DNA of 64,000 nt from Chiloscyllium plagiosum (lineage: Eukaryota), in NCBI RefSeq assembly GCF_004010195.1, contig NC_057757.1, positions 5,129,464 through 5,193,463 on the forward strand, in the 5' to 3' direction. The translations under genes were made by a program, and so were the position numbers. The number at the start of each line of letters is the position of its first letter. The stretch's first letter is position 1. Shown here piece by piece: positions 1 to 11,337 of this stretch. A model generated the notes under the pieces. The model saw only the letters and a list, made by a program, of their open reading frames with translations. It searched no databases and was not told the DNA's origin.

Positions 1-150
1 ACTCACCACCACCATCACCACCACCACCCACTCCATCCCCACCAACTCCACCACCACCAATTCCACCAGCACCAACTCCACCACCACCAATTCCACCAGC
101 ACCAGCTCCACCAACACCAATTCAACCACCACCAACTCCACCACCCCAAC
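1..150. repeat. (CCA/CAA)-rich low-complexity tandem repeat
   Basis: accaccaccaactccaccaccaccaattcc units. Confidence 0.85.
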
Positions 151-167
151 CCACCTCAATTACTCAC

Positions 168-304
168 CTCCTGGCCTGAGAAAAATCGTGCTGGCTGCCT
201 GGATTGTTCTAGAATATACCTCAGCCTTCTCACTGGGCTCAGTTGCTCTGTCAGGAGCTTGGCAAGATTTTTACGCTTAATGGAACCCAGCAAAACCTTT
301 GACT
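168..304 (-). CDS. clcnk: ClC-K coding exon 16 (137 nt; ESKVLLGSIKRKNL...SGQE; end of CBS1 plus linker)
   Basis: Strong polypyrimidine acceptor ttttcttttccag, GAG|gtgagt donor; LLGSI.R CBS1 motif; frame continuous with the previous exon. Confidence 0.92.
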
Positions 305-1798
305 CTGGAAAAGAAAATTAAAGGAAATTTTGTTTTACCTCCTTTACAATCTTGTGCTCATCCCAGATTTGTCCTCTTGCTGACTATTTCTCCTTTAAGG
401 ATTTGGCTGAGGTCTCACACTCACACCACTTAGCATCTCCCCGAATGGATTAGTATCTGCTGGGGTAGGGTTCTACCAGAATGGCAGCCCTTCTCAATCT
501 TGCCCTTGCTAGTAAAAGATGAAGTCAGCCCCTCAATGCTGGGGATTGCCTTAGGCCTCAGGGCTGGCATCTGCCACGTAATGTAGAATGTCCTTGGGAG
601 TAGCTAACATCACAGGGAATTATATACATCAGGCACATGGCACAGAAATGGGTCAATCAGCCCAACCAGTCCACGCCATTATATCTGCTCCGCTTGAGCT
701 ACTCCCTGTCTTTCCTTATCTCAATCCCACCCTCTATTGTCTCCTCCCTCACAATTCTAGCTGGTATTCATTTCTTGTCGGAATGAGTGTCACATTCACA
801 CCGCCCTCTGGATGCGGAAGTTTCTCCTGAACTCCTGAATTGATATCTCGGACATTATCTCACACTGAAGTACCCCTTGTTCTGATCTTTCCTGCACGAT
901 TCTCTCTGTCTCCACTTTCAAAGACCTCTTCTGGAGGACCTCTATGAACAGTATAGATGTTCAGCTGGTCCATTCTTTCCTGATATGAAAAGGCACGCAC
1001 TTCTGGTATTATTCTGTGTAAGTTTCCACTACTCCCCTCCACTGCCTTTCTATCCTTCAGATAAATAGGGTCACCAAAATTGACTGCGGGTCCTCACTCT
1101 GTGCACCAAGGACTGGCATCTAGCCTTCTGCAGAAACATTCAACCAAAAGCTGAAATAAAGGTAATGGATGTCCGCCCGGATTATGCAGCATCGTCGCTA
1201 CTGATTGAAATTCCTTCCACATGGGCAGGTAAAGGACTGTAGGTAGCTAGGAGGAGGCCATATTTCCCCTCAGCCTGTTCTGTCATTCAATCAGATTGTT
1301 ACTCAACTCCATTTTCCCTCCTTGGCTCCACAGTAGGGAGAGATGGTCCCTTAGTGAGAATGTTATTGGATTAGCCAAAAGCCTGGGCTAATGCTTTGGG
1401 AACAGCGGATCGAACCCCAGCTGGTGGAATCAAATGTCAATAAATCTGGAAGTCTCAATAATGGCAACTGTGACAACAATAATTACTTGTTGTAAGAACC
1501 TGCCCAGTTCATTCATGTTCTTCGGGAACGACCTTACCTGGCCTGGCCTTCACATGATACCAGACCCTCTGAAGTGACTGAGCCACTCGGATCAAGGGGC
1601 AATTAAGGATGGCCATCAATCCTGGCCTTGCTAGTAATACTCACACTCCATGAAAGAGTAAGGAATCATAACTAAAATTGATCAAAACCAAATTTGAAAT
1701 TTTTAAACCATATTGAATCTGCCTTGTTCCGATGGTGAGATCTCCACAATTGACGCCCTCGATTGCTACAGAATTGTTTGATATTCACCTGGCTATGG

Positions 1799-1832
<34 letters not shown>
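1799..1832. repeat. (GT)n microsatellite
   Basis: Direct reading. Confidence 0.95.
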
Positions 1833-1833
<1 letters not shown>

Positions 1834-1866
1834 GGGGGGTGTGTCCACAGAATTGTACAGAGGTAC

Positions 1867-2000
1867 CTGTTGAGTCAACAAGAGGGAATTGTTTCAGCTC
1901 TGTGTTCTTCAGCAGGTTTCGGATGTCTTTGTATTTCAGGTCCTTGGCCAGGTATTTCAGGTCTGTCACCATAAAGTCCTCTGCGTAGATATCGTGAGCC
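1867..2000 (-). CDS. clcnk: ClC-K coding exon 15 (134 nt; CBS1, AHDIYAEDFMVTD...FPLVDST)
   Basis: CBS1 motifs (AEDFM, FPLVDS); tttcag acceptor, CAG|gtacct donor. Confidence 0.95.
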
Positions 2001-3215
2001 CTGAAATAAGAGCCCACATGTTCAAGGTGCTCAAACCTGTAAAAGCCTAGTCATCAACAAACTGTTTCCTGGCTTCTCATTTCTTTACGTTGCCCCCATC
2101 ACTCCTGCAGAGTCTCATGGGACTTCAGTACTGCGGCTAACTGTAAACCTGGACTGGTCAGCAGGGTCCGGCTATTTGCCTGCAAGGTGCGTCACAGCCA
2201 AGTCGTGAGCAGGCACCATGTGTGTGTGGATGCGCACTCACAGAGACACAAACAATTGTGAATGAAGCTGATTACTGGGCAATCATACAATCATGGAATC
2301 ACGAGATCATACGATCATAGGATCCCTACAGTCCAGAAAGAGGTCATTCAGTCCACCCACCCTCCAAAGAGCATCCCATCCTGACCCAGCCTCCTACCCT
2401 ATTCCAATCATCAACAAACAGGCCTCTATGATGGAGGGAAGGTGATTGATGAACACGGTTAAACTTCAGACACTGCTCCCAGGAACTTTTGAAGTGATGT
2501 CCTGAGATGATTGGCCTCCAACAGTAACCCCCCCCACCATCCCTTTTGCCAGTTCTGACCCTAGCCAGTGCCACATTTGCCCCATCTTAACCAATCCTGG
2601 GGGCTGAATATTCACCAATGCCCCCCACCAATTCCCCCCACCAATTCCCCTTCCCCACCCCCCACCCCACCCTCCGTATAACTTGCAGTGCCTTTCCCAA
2701 ATCTCAAAGTGCTTTCCAACCGAGGAAGGACATTGGTGGTGCAGTCACTACTGTAAAGTAGGAAATGACAACAGCCAATGTGGGCACAGGAGGATCCCAA
2801 AACCAGCAATATGATGGCAACCAGACAATCTGAGATTTGAGGCTTTTTGTCAGAGAAACCAGGGAGAATAGCGTCTTCCAACACCCAGTGGAGCAGACGG
2901 TCAGCTGTGCCGTAATTGAATGGTGAATCAGGCCCAATGGGCTGAATGGCCTATTTCTCTTGCTCTGTTCCTTTTCCAGTAGTGCCATTTGTGTTCCATC
3001 TGAGATGGCAATCAGAGGCATGATTTAATATTTAACACGCAAGACGACACCTTTGACAGCGCAGTGTTGGAGCGTTACGCACTGGGTTATGTGTTCAAAC
3101 CTCCATTAAAAGCTCCATCATCAATTTGGAGCCCACACACAACTGAGCTAGACTGAGCGTGACTCACCAGCCCCAGACAGATGCACGACACAGGCATGTA
3201 GATTCTTTCCCTTAC

Positions 3216-3429
3216 CCGCTCTTCCCCACCGTCAGCTTGGGCAGGTAGGGAAGCTTCTTCACGATGACTATCCCATCGAAGAAAGATGGCTGGGATCGCT
3301 GGCTGATCACGTTGGCGACCAGCACAGCGATGAGAACCGGCAGGATATGGGACATCTGCCCTGTCAGCTCGAAAACCAGCACAGCGGTGGAGATGGTGTG
3401 GGTGACTGCCCCGGAATAGGCTGCAGCCC
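3216..3429 (-). CDS. clcnk: ClC-K coding exon 14 (214 nt; [16 protein letters not shown]...QPSFFDG...KKLPYLP)
   Basis: Hallmark CLC C-terminal membrane segment; tgtag acceptor, GG|gtaagg donor. Confidence 0.97.
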
Positions 3430-3625
3430 CTACAGAGAGGGAGAGAGAGCGCCACACACACAGTAAGAGACAGGAAACCATCCAAATGTCCTTCATTGGA
3501 CGTAGGGAGCCCGTATCCCATTTGAGTACCTCTGAAAATACACTCACGTGGTTGAAACAAACACAAAAATAGTTGGGAAAGCTCAGCAGGTCTGGCAGCA
3601 TCTGTGGACAAAAGGCAGAGTTAAC

Positions 3626-4221
3626 AGCGGTCTCCTCTACATTGGGGAGACTGGGCGCCTCCTAGCAGAGCCCTTTAGGGAACATCTCCGGGACACCCGC
3701 ACCAATCAACCACACTGCCCCATGGCCCAACATTTCAACTCCCCCTCCCACTCTGCCGAGGACATGGAGGTCCTGGGCCTCCTTCACCACCGCTCCCTCA
3801 CCACCAGACGCCTGGAGGAAGTACGCCTCATCTTCCACCTCGGAACACTTCAACCCCAGGGCATCAATGTGGACTTCAACAGTTTCCTCATTTCCCCTTC
3901 CCCCACCTCACCCTAGTTCTATACTTCCAGCTCAGCACTGTCCCCATGACTTGTCCGAACTTGTCCTACCTGCCTATCTCCTTTTCCACCTATCCACTCC
4001 ACCCTCTCCTCCCTGACCTATCACCTTCATCCCCTCCCCCACTCACCCATTGTACTCTATGCTACTTTCTCCCCACCCCCACCCTCCTCTAGCTTATCTC
4101 TCCATGCTCCAGGCTCTCTGCCTTTATTCCTGATGAAGGGCTTTTGCCCGAAACGTCGATTTCAAAGCTCCTTGGATGCTGCCTGAACTGCTATGCTCTT
4201 CCAACACCACTAATCCAGAAT
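3626..4221 (+). mobile_element. Penelope-like element 3' fragment: GIY-YIG endonuclease C-terminal part, 3' UTR and hammerhead motif (4130-4163), nested in an older fold-back PLE remnant (about 3553-3625 and 4222-4380)
   Basis: LYIGETGR...REHLR...HFN GIY-YIG signature; ctgatga-agggc-tttt-gccc-gaaacgtc hammerhead core. Confidence 0.85.
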
Positions 4222-6027
4222 TTTGGATCTAGTGACCCTTCTTCACAACCATCCTGAAGAAAAGTCAATGGACCTGAAAGGCCAACTCTGCTTTCTGTCC
4301 ACAAACTCTGCCAGACCTGCTGAGTTTTCCCAGTAATTTGTGTTTGCGTTTCTGTTTTCTAGCATCCACAGTCCTTTGCATTTTTTTTTACATGTATTGT
4401 TGATGTTTTCCATCTTTAGGTTGTCAGGACAGGTGCCAAACTTCAAAGGGAATGATAACTTTTCATGTATGAAAAAAGGTTGCTGATTAGTTGGCAAGTC
4501 AACACCAATTTGGCTGAGGCATTCAAGGAACTACTGTTTAATTCAAAAATAGTGCAATACCTGGACATGTTCCTCCTCCCTGCAGAGGAGAGGTACCTTC
4601 ATTTGAACATATGTAGCACATAGCAATCTCAAGTAAGCCACTTTTCTAGCCTGACTCATTTTCCCACTGTTGACAGAAGCTAATATACACCAAAGGTAGT
4701 TTTAATTACTATGCAGCTGAAAGTCGAAGAGGAGTCAGCAATGAGGCCACGCACCTGGAGGTTACAATGTTATAAATAAGGAGAAAAGGTTCTGCAGTGT
4801 CTATTGCTGTCGGGATTAAAGGCAGTTGAATCTTGGAAATCCTGGCTCTGAGGGAATACTCAGAATCTGGCAACGACATTGTTAGTGTTTCCATTTGGGA
4901 TTTTGCCTGAATGGGATAGTTACTCCCCTTTTCAGCTGTTGGTCTGTGTGTTTTTGGGGGAAAGTCCTTATTTTATGTTGAGGTGATGGTCCTTTAAGAA
5001 CTGGATTTTTCTGAAAGGAGATCCCTTGAGAGGAAATGTAGTTTGCTTCTAGTAATTGAGCATCTGACCAAGTTGCCTGGGAGATAAACAATGGCAAAGC
5101 AGTAATGAGAGCAGGAAGTTGATTCTAAGGAAGGATGTTGTTCCCTTTCTAGTGTAGAATCCCCTACAGTGTGGAAGCAGGCCATTCAGCCCATCATGTC
5201 CACACCAACCCTCCAAAGAGCATCGCACCCAGACCCACTCCTACTCCATAACCCTGCATTTCACATGGTTAAGCCACCCAGCCTACACATCCCTAGATAC
5301 TATGGGGCAATTCAGCACAGCCAATCCAGCACATCTTTGGACTGTGGGAGGAAACAAGAGCACCCGGAGGAAACCTGCATAGACACTGGAAGAATGTGCA
5401 AACTCCACACAGACAGTTGGTTAAGGCTGGAATTGAACCCAGGTCCCCAGCGCTGGGAGGCAGCAGTGCTAACCTCTGAGCCATCGTGCTGCCCGATTTA
5501 GTTTTGGTTTGGAACAACTCTTTTCAGCAGAATTAGTTTGAAATTCTGCGTGATGGTTGAAAGTGTTAAAGAACAAGGCTGCATACTTGAAACAGCGAGT
5601 TGGATTCTGGAATAGCCAAGCCCTGAAGAGAGAGAACGAGAGAGAGAAAGTTCTAGATGGAAGATTTGGCTGTTAAAGTTATTGGGCCCAGGAGAGTTCT
5701 GACCCAAGGTGGCTGCGTTTAAGATCCAGACTGTGGGACAGAAGGAGAAACAGCTTTGCCAAGGTTTTAGGCAATTAATTTCACTCATAATGCAGAAGTA
5801 TCTATAACAGGTGCCTGGTCGATAATGCCATTTTAACCACCAAAGGCAAGTCGCCAATATTTTGGGGCTGTGGTGCGAGGAGTCAGGAAAGAAGTTCATG
5901 ATCATGATTTTTATATATATGTCTGAGAGGGACCCCTGCTTAACATCTGGCCAGAAAGACGGACCTCCAGGAGTGAAGCAGTCCCTCAGTACTGCACTGG
6001 AAGAGTCAGCCAGACTTGAATATTAAT

Positions 6028-6220
6028 TACTTACATTACATTATTGCATTGCTTATTATAGTTATCATAATTATTGCATTGTTTAAACTTATTTATAATT
6101 ATTACATTATATTGTTACATTGCTTATTATAGTTATCATAATTATTGCATTATCTATAATTATTACATTATATTATTGCATTTTTTTTATAGTTATCATA
6201 ATTATTGCATTGTTTATACA
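6028..6220. repeat. AT-rich short tandem array (about 3 units)
   Basis: Repeated ttattatagttatcataattattgcattgttta. Confidence 0.8.
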
Positions 6221-7399
6221 TTGAATAAGTTCAAGACAAGGTTCGATAGATTCCTAGATACTAATGATATCAAGGCAAATGGGAATAATGCAGGAAAATG
6301 GCATTGAAGTAGATGATTAGACATGATCTGGAATTATAAAGCAGGCTTCAAGGGCTGAATGGCCTGGTTTCTATGAATTATGTTCTCTAGTCTCTGGACA
6401 GGGTCTGAACCCACAACACTGCTTCCCACAGCGACCGCACTCCACAAGTGAGTCATTCATTGTTGAATGCTTCTAGAGGTCCTGAGGGCTGAGGAGGTTT
6501 GTATCCTACATTCAAGGCAGTGCCGTCAGGGATGGAAATATTAGGGTGTGAACTCAGCATTTTGTTGGCTCTGAAATATGTGGAGGATGGCAGTGTGAAC
6601 TAGTCCACACAGCATGGGAACACTACAGCAATTAGTAACTTCCGCACCTGTTATCAAAGGGGGTTTGAGAAGACGGCTATTTGGGAATCTAAACAGTTGC
6701 AATAAAACATAGAGTCGTACAAAACAGAAACAAACTCTTTGGTTTAACTCGTCCATGCCAAGTTTCCCAACTAAATGAGTCCCATTCGCCTGTGTTTGGA
6801 CCATATCCCTTTAAACCCTTCCTCTTCAAGTACCTGTCCAAATGTCATATGAACCATTCTCTGTGTGAAAAAGTTGCCCCTCAAGTCCCTTTTAAGCCTT
6901 TCCCCTCTCACCTCAAACCTATGCCCTCTAGTTTTGAACTCCCCCACCCTACAGATAAAAAACTTTGCTATTCACCTTATCTATGCCCCTCATGATTTTA
7001 TATGCCTCTATAATGTGCAATGATATAAAACATACTGAGACATCACCACTAATGGCAACAGTGTTTATCGATAAGATGCACTGCAGCAACTCACTAAGGC
7101 TCTGTCAACAGAACCTTCCAAACCCATGACTTCTCACACCTAGAAGGACAAGGGTTGCAGATACATGGGGACCACCATCACCTGCAAATTCCCTCCAAAC
7201 CACTCAGGTCCTGACTGGGCGATACATCACCATTCCTTCAAGGTCACTGGGCCAAAATCCTGGAACTCCCTTCCCGAACAGCTTTATGGCTGTCCCTACA
7301 TCTTGCTGTGGTTAAAGAAGGCAACTCACCATCACCTTCTCCAGGACAATTAGGGATGGACAGTTAGTAGTGGTCCAACCATTGACGGCATGGGTTTCG

Positions 7400-8260
7400 A
7401 CAGAGAGGAAAGCTCCCTGTACACTGCCTCCCATCAAACACTCCCCAGGAGAGTGACAGCACATGGTTAGATACAGATTAAAGCTCCCTCTACACTGTCC
7501 CCCATCAAACACTCCTAGGATAGGGACAGCACAGGATTAGATACAGAGTAAAGCTCCCCCTACACTGCCCCCCACCATCAAACACTCACAGGACAGTGAC
7601 AGCATGGGGTTAGATACAGACTAAAGTTCCCTCTACACTGTCCCCCATCAAACACTCCCAGGATAGGACAGCATGGGGTTAGATACAGAGCAAAGCTCCC
7701 TCTACACAGCCCCCCATCAACCACTCCCCAGGAGAGTGATAGCAAGGGGTTAGATACAGATTAAAGCTTCCTCTACACTGTCCCCCATCAAACACTCCCA
7801 GGACAGGTACAGCACAGGGTTAGAAACAGAGTAAAGCTCCCTCTATATTGCCCCCATCAAACACTCCCAGGACAGGGACAGCATGAGGTTAGGTACAGAG
7901 TAAAGCTCCCTCTACAGTGTCCCCCCCATCAAACACTCCCAGGACAATGACAGCACAGGGTTAGATATAGAATGAAGCCTCCCCCTACACTGCCCCCTGC
8001 CATCAAACACCCTCAGGACAGTGACAGCACAGGGTTAGATACAGAGTAAAGCTCCCACTATACTGCTCCGCATCAAACAATCCCAGGACAGGAACAGGGA
8101 CAGCAACGGGTTAGATATGGAGTAACGCTTCCTCTACATTGCCCCCATCAAACACTTCCAGGACAGTGACAGCACGGGGTTAGATACAGAGTAAAGTTCC
8201 CTCTACACTGTCCCTCATCAAACACTCCCCAGGACAGATACAGCAGGGGTTTTGATACAT
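7400..8260. repeat. About 60-bp minisatellite array (about 14 units)
   Basis: Unit acagagtaaagctccctctacactgtcccccatcaaacactcccaggacagggacagcacagggttagat. Confidence 0.92.
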
Positions 8261-8793
8261 GCGGTGAACGAATAAGAAGAGACCAATCCACTATTACACC
8301 ATGTTGGGTCAGACGACCAGAGGCTCGGACCACTTGAAAGGAGGTCAGGCAGATTGAAAGACAGGGAGGCAATCGAAGGAAAGTCCAGCGCTTGGGGCCT
8401 AGGTAAAAATGCAGCAATTAAAGTAGGGACACTGAGAAAAGCCAGAGTTGGAAGATTTCATAAACGTGTGGTACTGGATGAGATTAAAAAGAGTGGGTGA
8501 CGCCATGGAATAATCTTTCAAACAAGGATGACAATTTAAGTAGAGACATGTTGCTCAACAAAATGTCAATGGAGGTCAGTGTGAACATGGGAGTGTGGCA
8601 CTTGGTGCAATTCATAATACAGAGAGTGGAGATTTGGATGGGCTCCTGTGTAGGAAGAGGATTGAAGGAAATCAGTGAGACTAATAACCTGTTCCAGAAA
8701 ATGCTCATTTTTTGTGACATCATTCAAAGGTTACTGAGGTGGATTATAACTCCTAATTTTTGCCAAAGTACAAAATTATATACGCCCAGTCAC

Positions 8794-8904
8794 CTGCCAA
8801 CGCATAACCTGAAGGAGTGATTTTGATGTGAATTCCTTCTGAAATGATTCCTTCCGGAAAGATCTTGGCCATTATCTCCCCATACAGCCGCCCAAGGCCT
8901 GCAC
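8794..8904 (-). CDS. clcnk: ClC-K coding exon 13 (111 nt; GAGLGRLYGEIMAKIFPEGI...GYALA)
   Basis: GRL.GE...FPEGI motif; ccacag acceptor, CAG|gtgact donor. Confidence 0.96.
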
Positions 8905-8951
8905 CTGTGGAATAGTGAGAGTTTTAGGATTGCAACAGAAATCTGAGCCAT

Positions 8952-9185
8952 TCAAACACCCCCAAGACAGGGACAGCACAGGGTTAGATACAGAGTAAAG
9001 CTTCCTCTACATTGTCCCCACTAAACACTCCCAGGACAGGGACATTACGTGGTTAAGATAAAGAGTAAAGCTCCCTCTACACTGTTCCCCCCATTAAACA
9101 CTCCCAGGACAGGTACAGCACAGGGTCAGATACAGAGTAAAGCTCCCTCTCCCAGTGTGTGTTGCACGGGTTAGATACACAGAAC
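8952..9185. repeat. Same 60-bp minisatellite, about 3.5 units
   Basis: Same unit as 7400-8260. Confidence 0.88.
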
Positions 9186-9540
9186 AGCCCTGTCAATAAT
9201 CTAGTAAAGTAGTGGAAAACTTATCATGTATAGTGTACCTTCACACCGCTAAACTCTAACATTTCATATAAATCCGATTTATAGTTTTAGCCTGTTGCAG
9301 CACTGGGATTACAGACTGGCTAGAGATTACTGTGCTCCACACTTGGTAAGTTACTGTGATCAGAGTTATTTGTTCGAAACTAACTAGACCGACACAGCGT
9401 GACAGTGTGCAGGAGGTGCAGATCTTCATAGAAACAGCTCACATGGGGGAATACTACTAAAACAATGACCCGCAGTTACACACAGCACGCAGTGGTAAAG
9501 AGTTTTGTTCTTAATAATGGATCATTTTTGGAGTGCTTAC

Positions 9541-9610
9541 CATAGACAAAAACAGGTAGAAAGTAACCTGCAGGAACAACCATCGTCGTAGCCAACAGCA
9601 GCATGAAGAA
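9541..9610 (-). CDS. clcnk: ClC-K coding exon 12 (70 nt; FFMLLLATTMVVPAGYFLPVFVY)
   Basis: PAGYF.P motif with the ClC-K Tyr; ccttag acceptor, G|gtaagc donor. Confidence 0.96.
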
Positions 9611-10895
9611 CTAAGGTAAAATGAAAGAAATATTAAAAACAAGAGGAGTTAGCCCTGGCTCCCTTAGCTCCAATTGATTGCCTTCAGAGATCACTTTCAG
9701 ATCCTTGGTTACATATACTCTTGGCTGATGCACCTGATTGAGTGAGGTGCCTTTTGCTTTTGAGTGAGACCTTACTCCTGTCCTCTCAGGCAGATATAAA
9801 AACAGCCTGTGGAAGTGCTATTGTAGCAGGCCATTCAGCCCCTTGAGCATACTCTACTAAGATCGTGATTGATCTGGTTTCAGCCTCAATTCTCCGCACC
9901 TGTTCGACCTTTCACACCCTTATCTATCACAAATATTAACTAATCTAGCTGGGACAGCAGGGGCTCAGTGGTTAGCACTGTTGCCTCACAGCACCAGGGA
10001 CCCAGGTTTAATTCCAGCCTCGGGGAACCATCTGAAGTTTGCACATTCTCCCTGTGTCTCCTCTGGATGCTCCGATTTCCTCCCACAGCTCAAAGATGTG
10101 CAGGTTAGCTGGATTGGCCATACCAGATGCCTCATACTGTGCAGGTTAGCCACGGGAAATGCAGGGTTGTAGGGGAGTGGGACGCTCTTTGGAGGGGTGG
10201 TGTGGACTTGATGGGCTGAATGGCCTGCTTCCACAGTATGAGATTCAAAGAGCCAGCTTCCACCCCCTTTTGGGGAGAAAATTCCTCAGATGAAAAACCC
10301 TCCAAGAGGAAATCATTCTCTTGTTGGTATTCTTCCCCTAGGTTCAGTTCTCTCACGAAAGGAAACATCCTCCTGCCCAGGTTCCCTCAGGATCTTGTAT
10401 GTTGCAATAAGGTCAACTCTGGTTCTTCTAACCTCCAATGGGTAAAAATTCAGACTGTTCATCCTTTCTTCATAAAGCAATGAGTTCAGTCCCTCGCAGC
10501 AATCAGGCTCACAGTTATCCTTCAGTTAACAGCACCATTGGAAGTTATGGTGGATTTTACGCAAACTTGGAATCTAAACTTTATTTGTTTCGCAGAATCA
10601 GGTCATCTCCTGAGACCTTTGCAAATGATGCAAATCCAGATCCAAATATCATTGGGTGAAAGATACACTATGCAAAACACACAAGTGGGAAATCTGAAAT
10701 CAGAAGGGTCATTCAGTGCTGAATTCAATTTTTGTTCCTTCAAGGCCATTAACCCACAGTGTAGGAGTCATGAGCAGTAGCAAACACTAACGATGGATGA
10801 CTAAGGTTTGTTTAAATTTTATGATCTAACATTTATTAAATTCCCAGCCCTATAAATATTGGAAAAGCAGCTGAAGCTGTCAGTTCATATTACCT

Positions 10896-11337
10896 AGGAG
10901 AAAGTGAGGACTGCAGATGCTGGAGATCAGAGCTTAAAAAATGTGTTGCTGGAAAAGCGCAGCAGGTCAGGCAGCATCAAAGGAACAGGAGAAACGATGT
11001 TTCGGGCATAATCCCTTCTTCAGGAATGAGGAGGGTGTGCCAAGCAGGCTAAGATAAAAGGTAGGGAGGAGGGACTTGGGGGAGGGGCGCTGGGAATATG
11101 ATAGGTGGAAGGAGGTTAAGGTGAGGGTGATAGGCCGGAGAGGGAGTGGGGGCGGAGAGGTCGTGAAGAAGATTGCAGAGATGACCTGGGGGGGTGCAGT
11201 GAGAGAGGGACTCACTGAGATCCTTGTAGAGGAAGGCATCCTTGCAAGAGGATTCACAGTAGGAGAAAGTGAGGACTGCAGATGCTGGAGATCAGAGCTA
11301 TCCTGACCTGCTGCGCTTTTCCAGCAACACATTTTTA
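10896..11337 (-). mobile_element. Penelope-derived non-autonomous element with hammerhead motif, direct plus inverted terminal copies
   Basis: 14-bp TSD agttcatattacct (10882-10895 / 11338-11351); repeated aggagaaagtgaggactgcagatgctggagatcagagc. Confidence 0.8.

Noticed and set aside
7400..8260. CRISPR-like appearance of regular repeats
   Set aside because: Head-to-tail units with no unique spacers, in a vertebrate intron.
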